DNA from: Takakia lepidozioides
Taxonomy: Eukaryota > Plantae > Bryophyta
NCBI GenBank assembly: GCA_030704615.1
Contig: CM060733.1
Location: forward strand, 56,482,001 to 56,546,000
DNA: 64,000 bases
Reading direction: 5' to 3'
The position numbers and the translations under genes are program-made. Under the pieces are notes generated by a model. That model made no database searches. It was not told the DNA's origin and worked only from the letters and a program-made list of their open reading frames with translations. Shown here in pieces: positions 62,673-64,000 of the stretch. The first letter of the stretch is position 1. Every line of letters starts with the position of its first letter.

Positions 62673-64000
62673 ATTTTATGCATATGTCAATCAACCCTCA
62701 TCATGAAGCAGAGTCAGAGAGATTGTTGATCTGATACTTGTATCATCTTTGTCAAGTCAACCAACTTGAGAGCTGGCTACAGCATCCAAAACTTACCCAT
62801 GCAACTGTTTTGCCCATGGATTTGCTCTGCTTGATTGGTCTTTCGAATTATGCATCAATAACTGGAATGGAACCATTCAGGGCAGAGAATCAGAAACCTC
62901 AGAATAACTCTCTGAGGAACAGTCCACAACCCTGACTTGGCTTCCAAATCCTTTCCTGAACAAGATGCAAAAGCCCTTCAACCAGAAGAAGGCACAGGAC
63001 AGTGACAGTTGAGCAACTTGTGTCTACACTTGCTGGAGCCTTGGTGACAATTGGCAGCACCTTCATACTGTTTTAAGAGTCTGGAAAAGTATCCAATACT
63101 AGCTGGAACAACTGGGCACCAAAGAACTTGTTAAGTGTAAGACTGGAGATCAACGAAGAAAGACTGTCACTACCCCCAAAAAGTTTTTAAAGTGAATGCC
63201 AGAATCGTATCAAGCGGTTGACGGTGAGGGAAACAGAGCTTACAGTTGGAAACCATAAAAGCCAACCTACTCATTGTACCTCACATCTTACCTTCTGAGA
63301 CATGTGAAAGATGGATCCTAAAAAACATGAAGACACCGTCACGCTGCCCTTTCAGCAATCGGTCAGTCAAACCTACGAACATCAACGAGTCAAAAGAGGT
63401 GGTGCAGTGACTTAACAACAGAACATACACTATACGTAATACACTATGCAACCTGTGCCTAGCTGCAGAGCCGGTCGGTTCACAAAGAGAGGTGTTCTGA
63501 AAGAGTTCCACATACTGTTTTGCTCTCAACTGGAGGCCAAGAAACACACTTCTTTTCCCTGTTAAAGACCGTAATTGAAGAGTCAAACCTCATTTGACAT
63601 GCTCTGGAACCTCATCTGTGAAGTTAAAGTGGGAAAATGTGAACATTCACAAACACAACCTTGCTGCAAAGGGCAAGGTGCAAACCTAATTTTGAACTGT
63701 AATAAACCTTGAGGGATAATTGTACAGTCTCCCGGTGATGGTGTGCCAAAACAATCCTCCAAAAGAGATAGCATATGCAGTACTTCATGTCCTACATTGC
63801 AGTTCTCCTTGTCCTGTCCCCGCAAGCTTGACCCACAAGATTGGGTCAACTTCATACTGAAATTCTGATATTTGGTGAAAAGGAAAACCTAGTTTCAAAA
63901 ATGTCCTTCATGTCATAGAAGTTGCCTTTGATAGGCCTCTCCCATACTCCACTAGAAATATCATACACTGCCACTCGCATATCATATGCATAAGTGACCA

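Noticed and set aside
63280-64000. 3' end of a minus-strand gene
   Set aside because: No recognisable protein and no coherent splice structure within the window.

Overview
Eukaryotic nuclear DNA from a land plant. The PLS-PPR motif style and canonical C-to-U-type DYW domains suggest a non-seed plant such as a bryophyte (inference). Four intact-looking spliced genes are present: a 14-exon FAD-dependent oxidoreductase resembling Arabidopsis At4g30720 (20248-34992, +), an OPT oligopeptide transporter (40681-45412, -), a small EF-hand protein (53465-56336, -) and plastid transketolase (59004-62672, +). The main unexplained structure is at 993-14834. Two head-to-tail, non-autonomous elements there have rolling-circle-type (Helitron/Helentron-like) ends: 5' TTCTAGCGACGA, a matching 3' subterminal inverted repeat, mini-hairpins, a terminal CTAG and no TSD. 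They are filled with co-oriented captured gene pieces, mostly scrambled PLS-PPR/E/DYW RNA-editing-factor fragments, plus intron-containing NTRC and CDC20 pieces and a receptor-kinase exon piece. Their 5' ends carry an array of 14-bp TGACGTGG-type repeats. Next comes a degraded nest of a SINE, a CACTA 3' half, Gypsy and Copia remnants, and an OPT pseudo-exon, with a reconstructable ~490-bp inversion. Two LINE families with non-polyA tails sit at CT-rich sites in introns. A TIR MITE, tRNA-derived SINEs and OSB-like, F-box and PPR relics occupy the intergenic regions.
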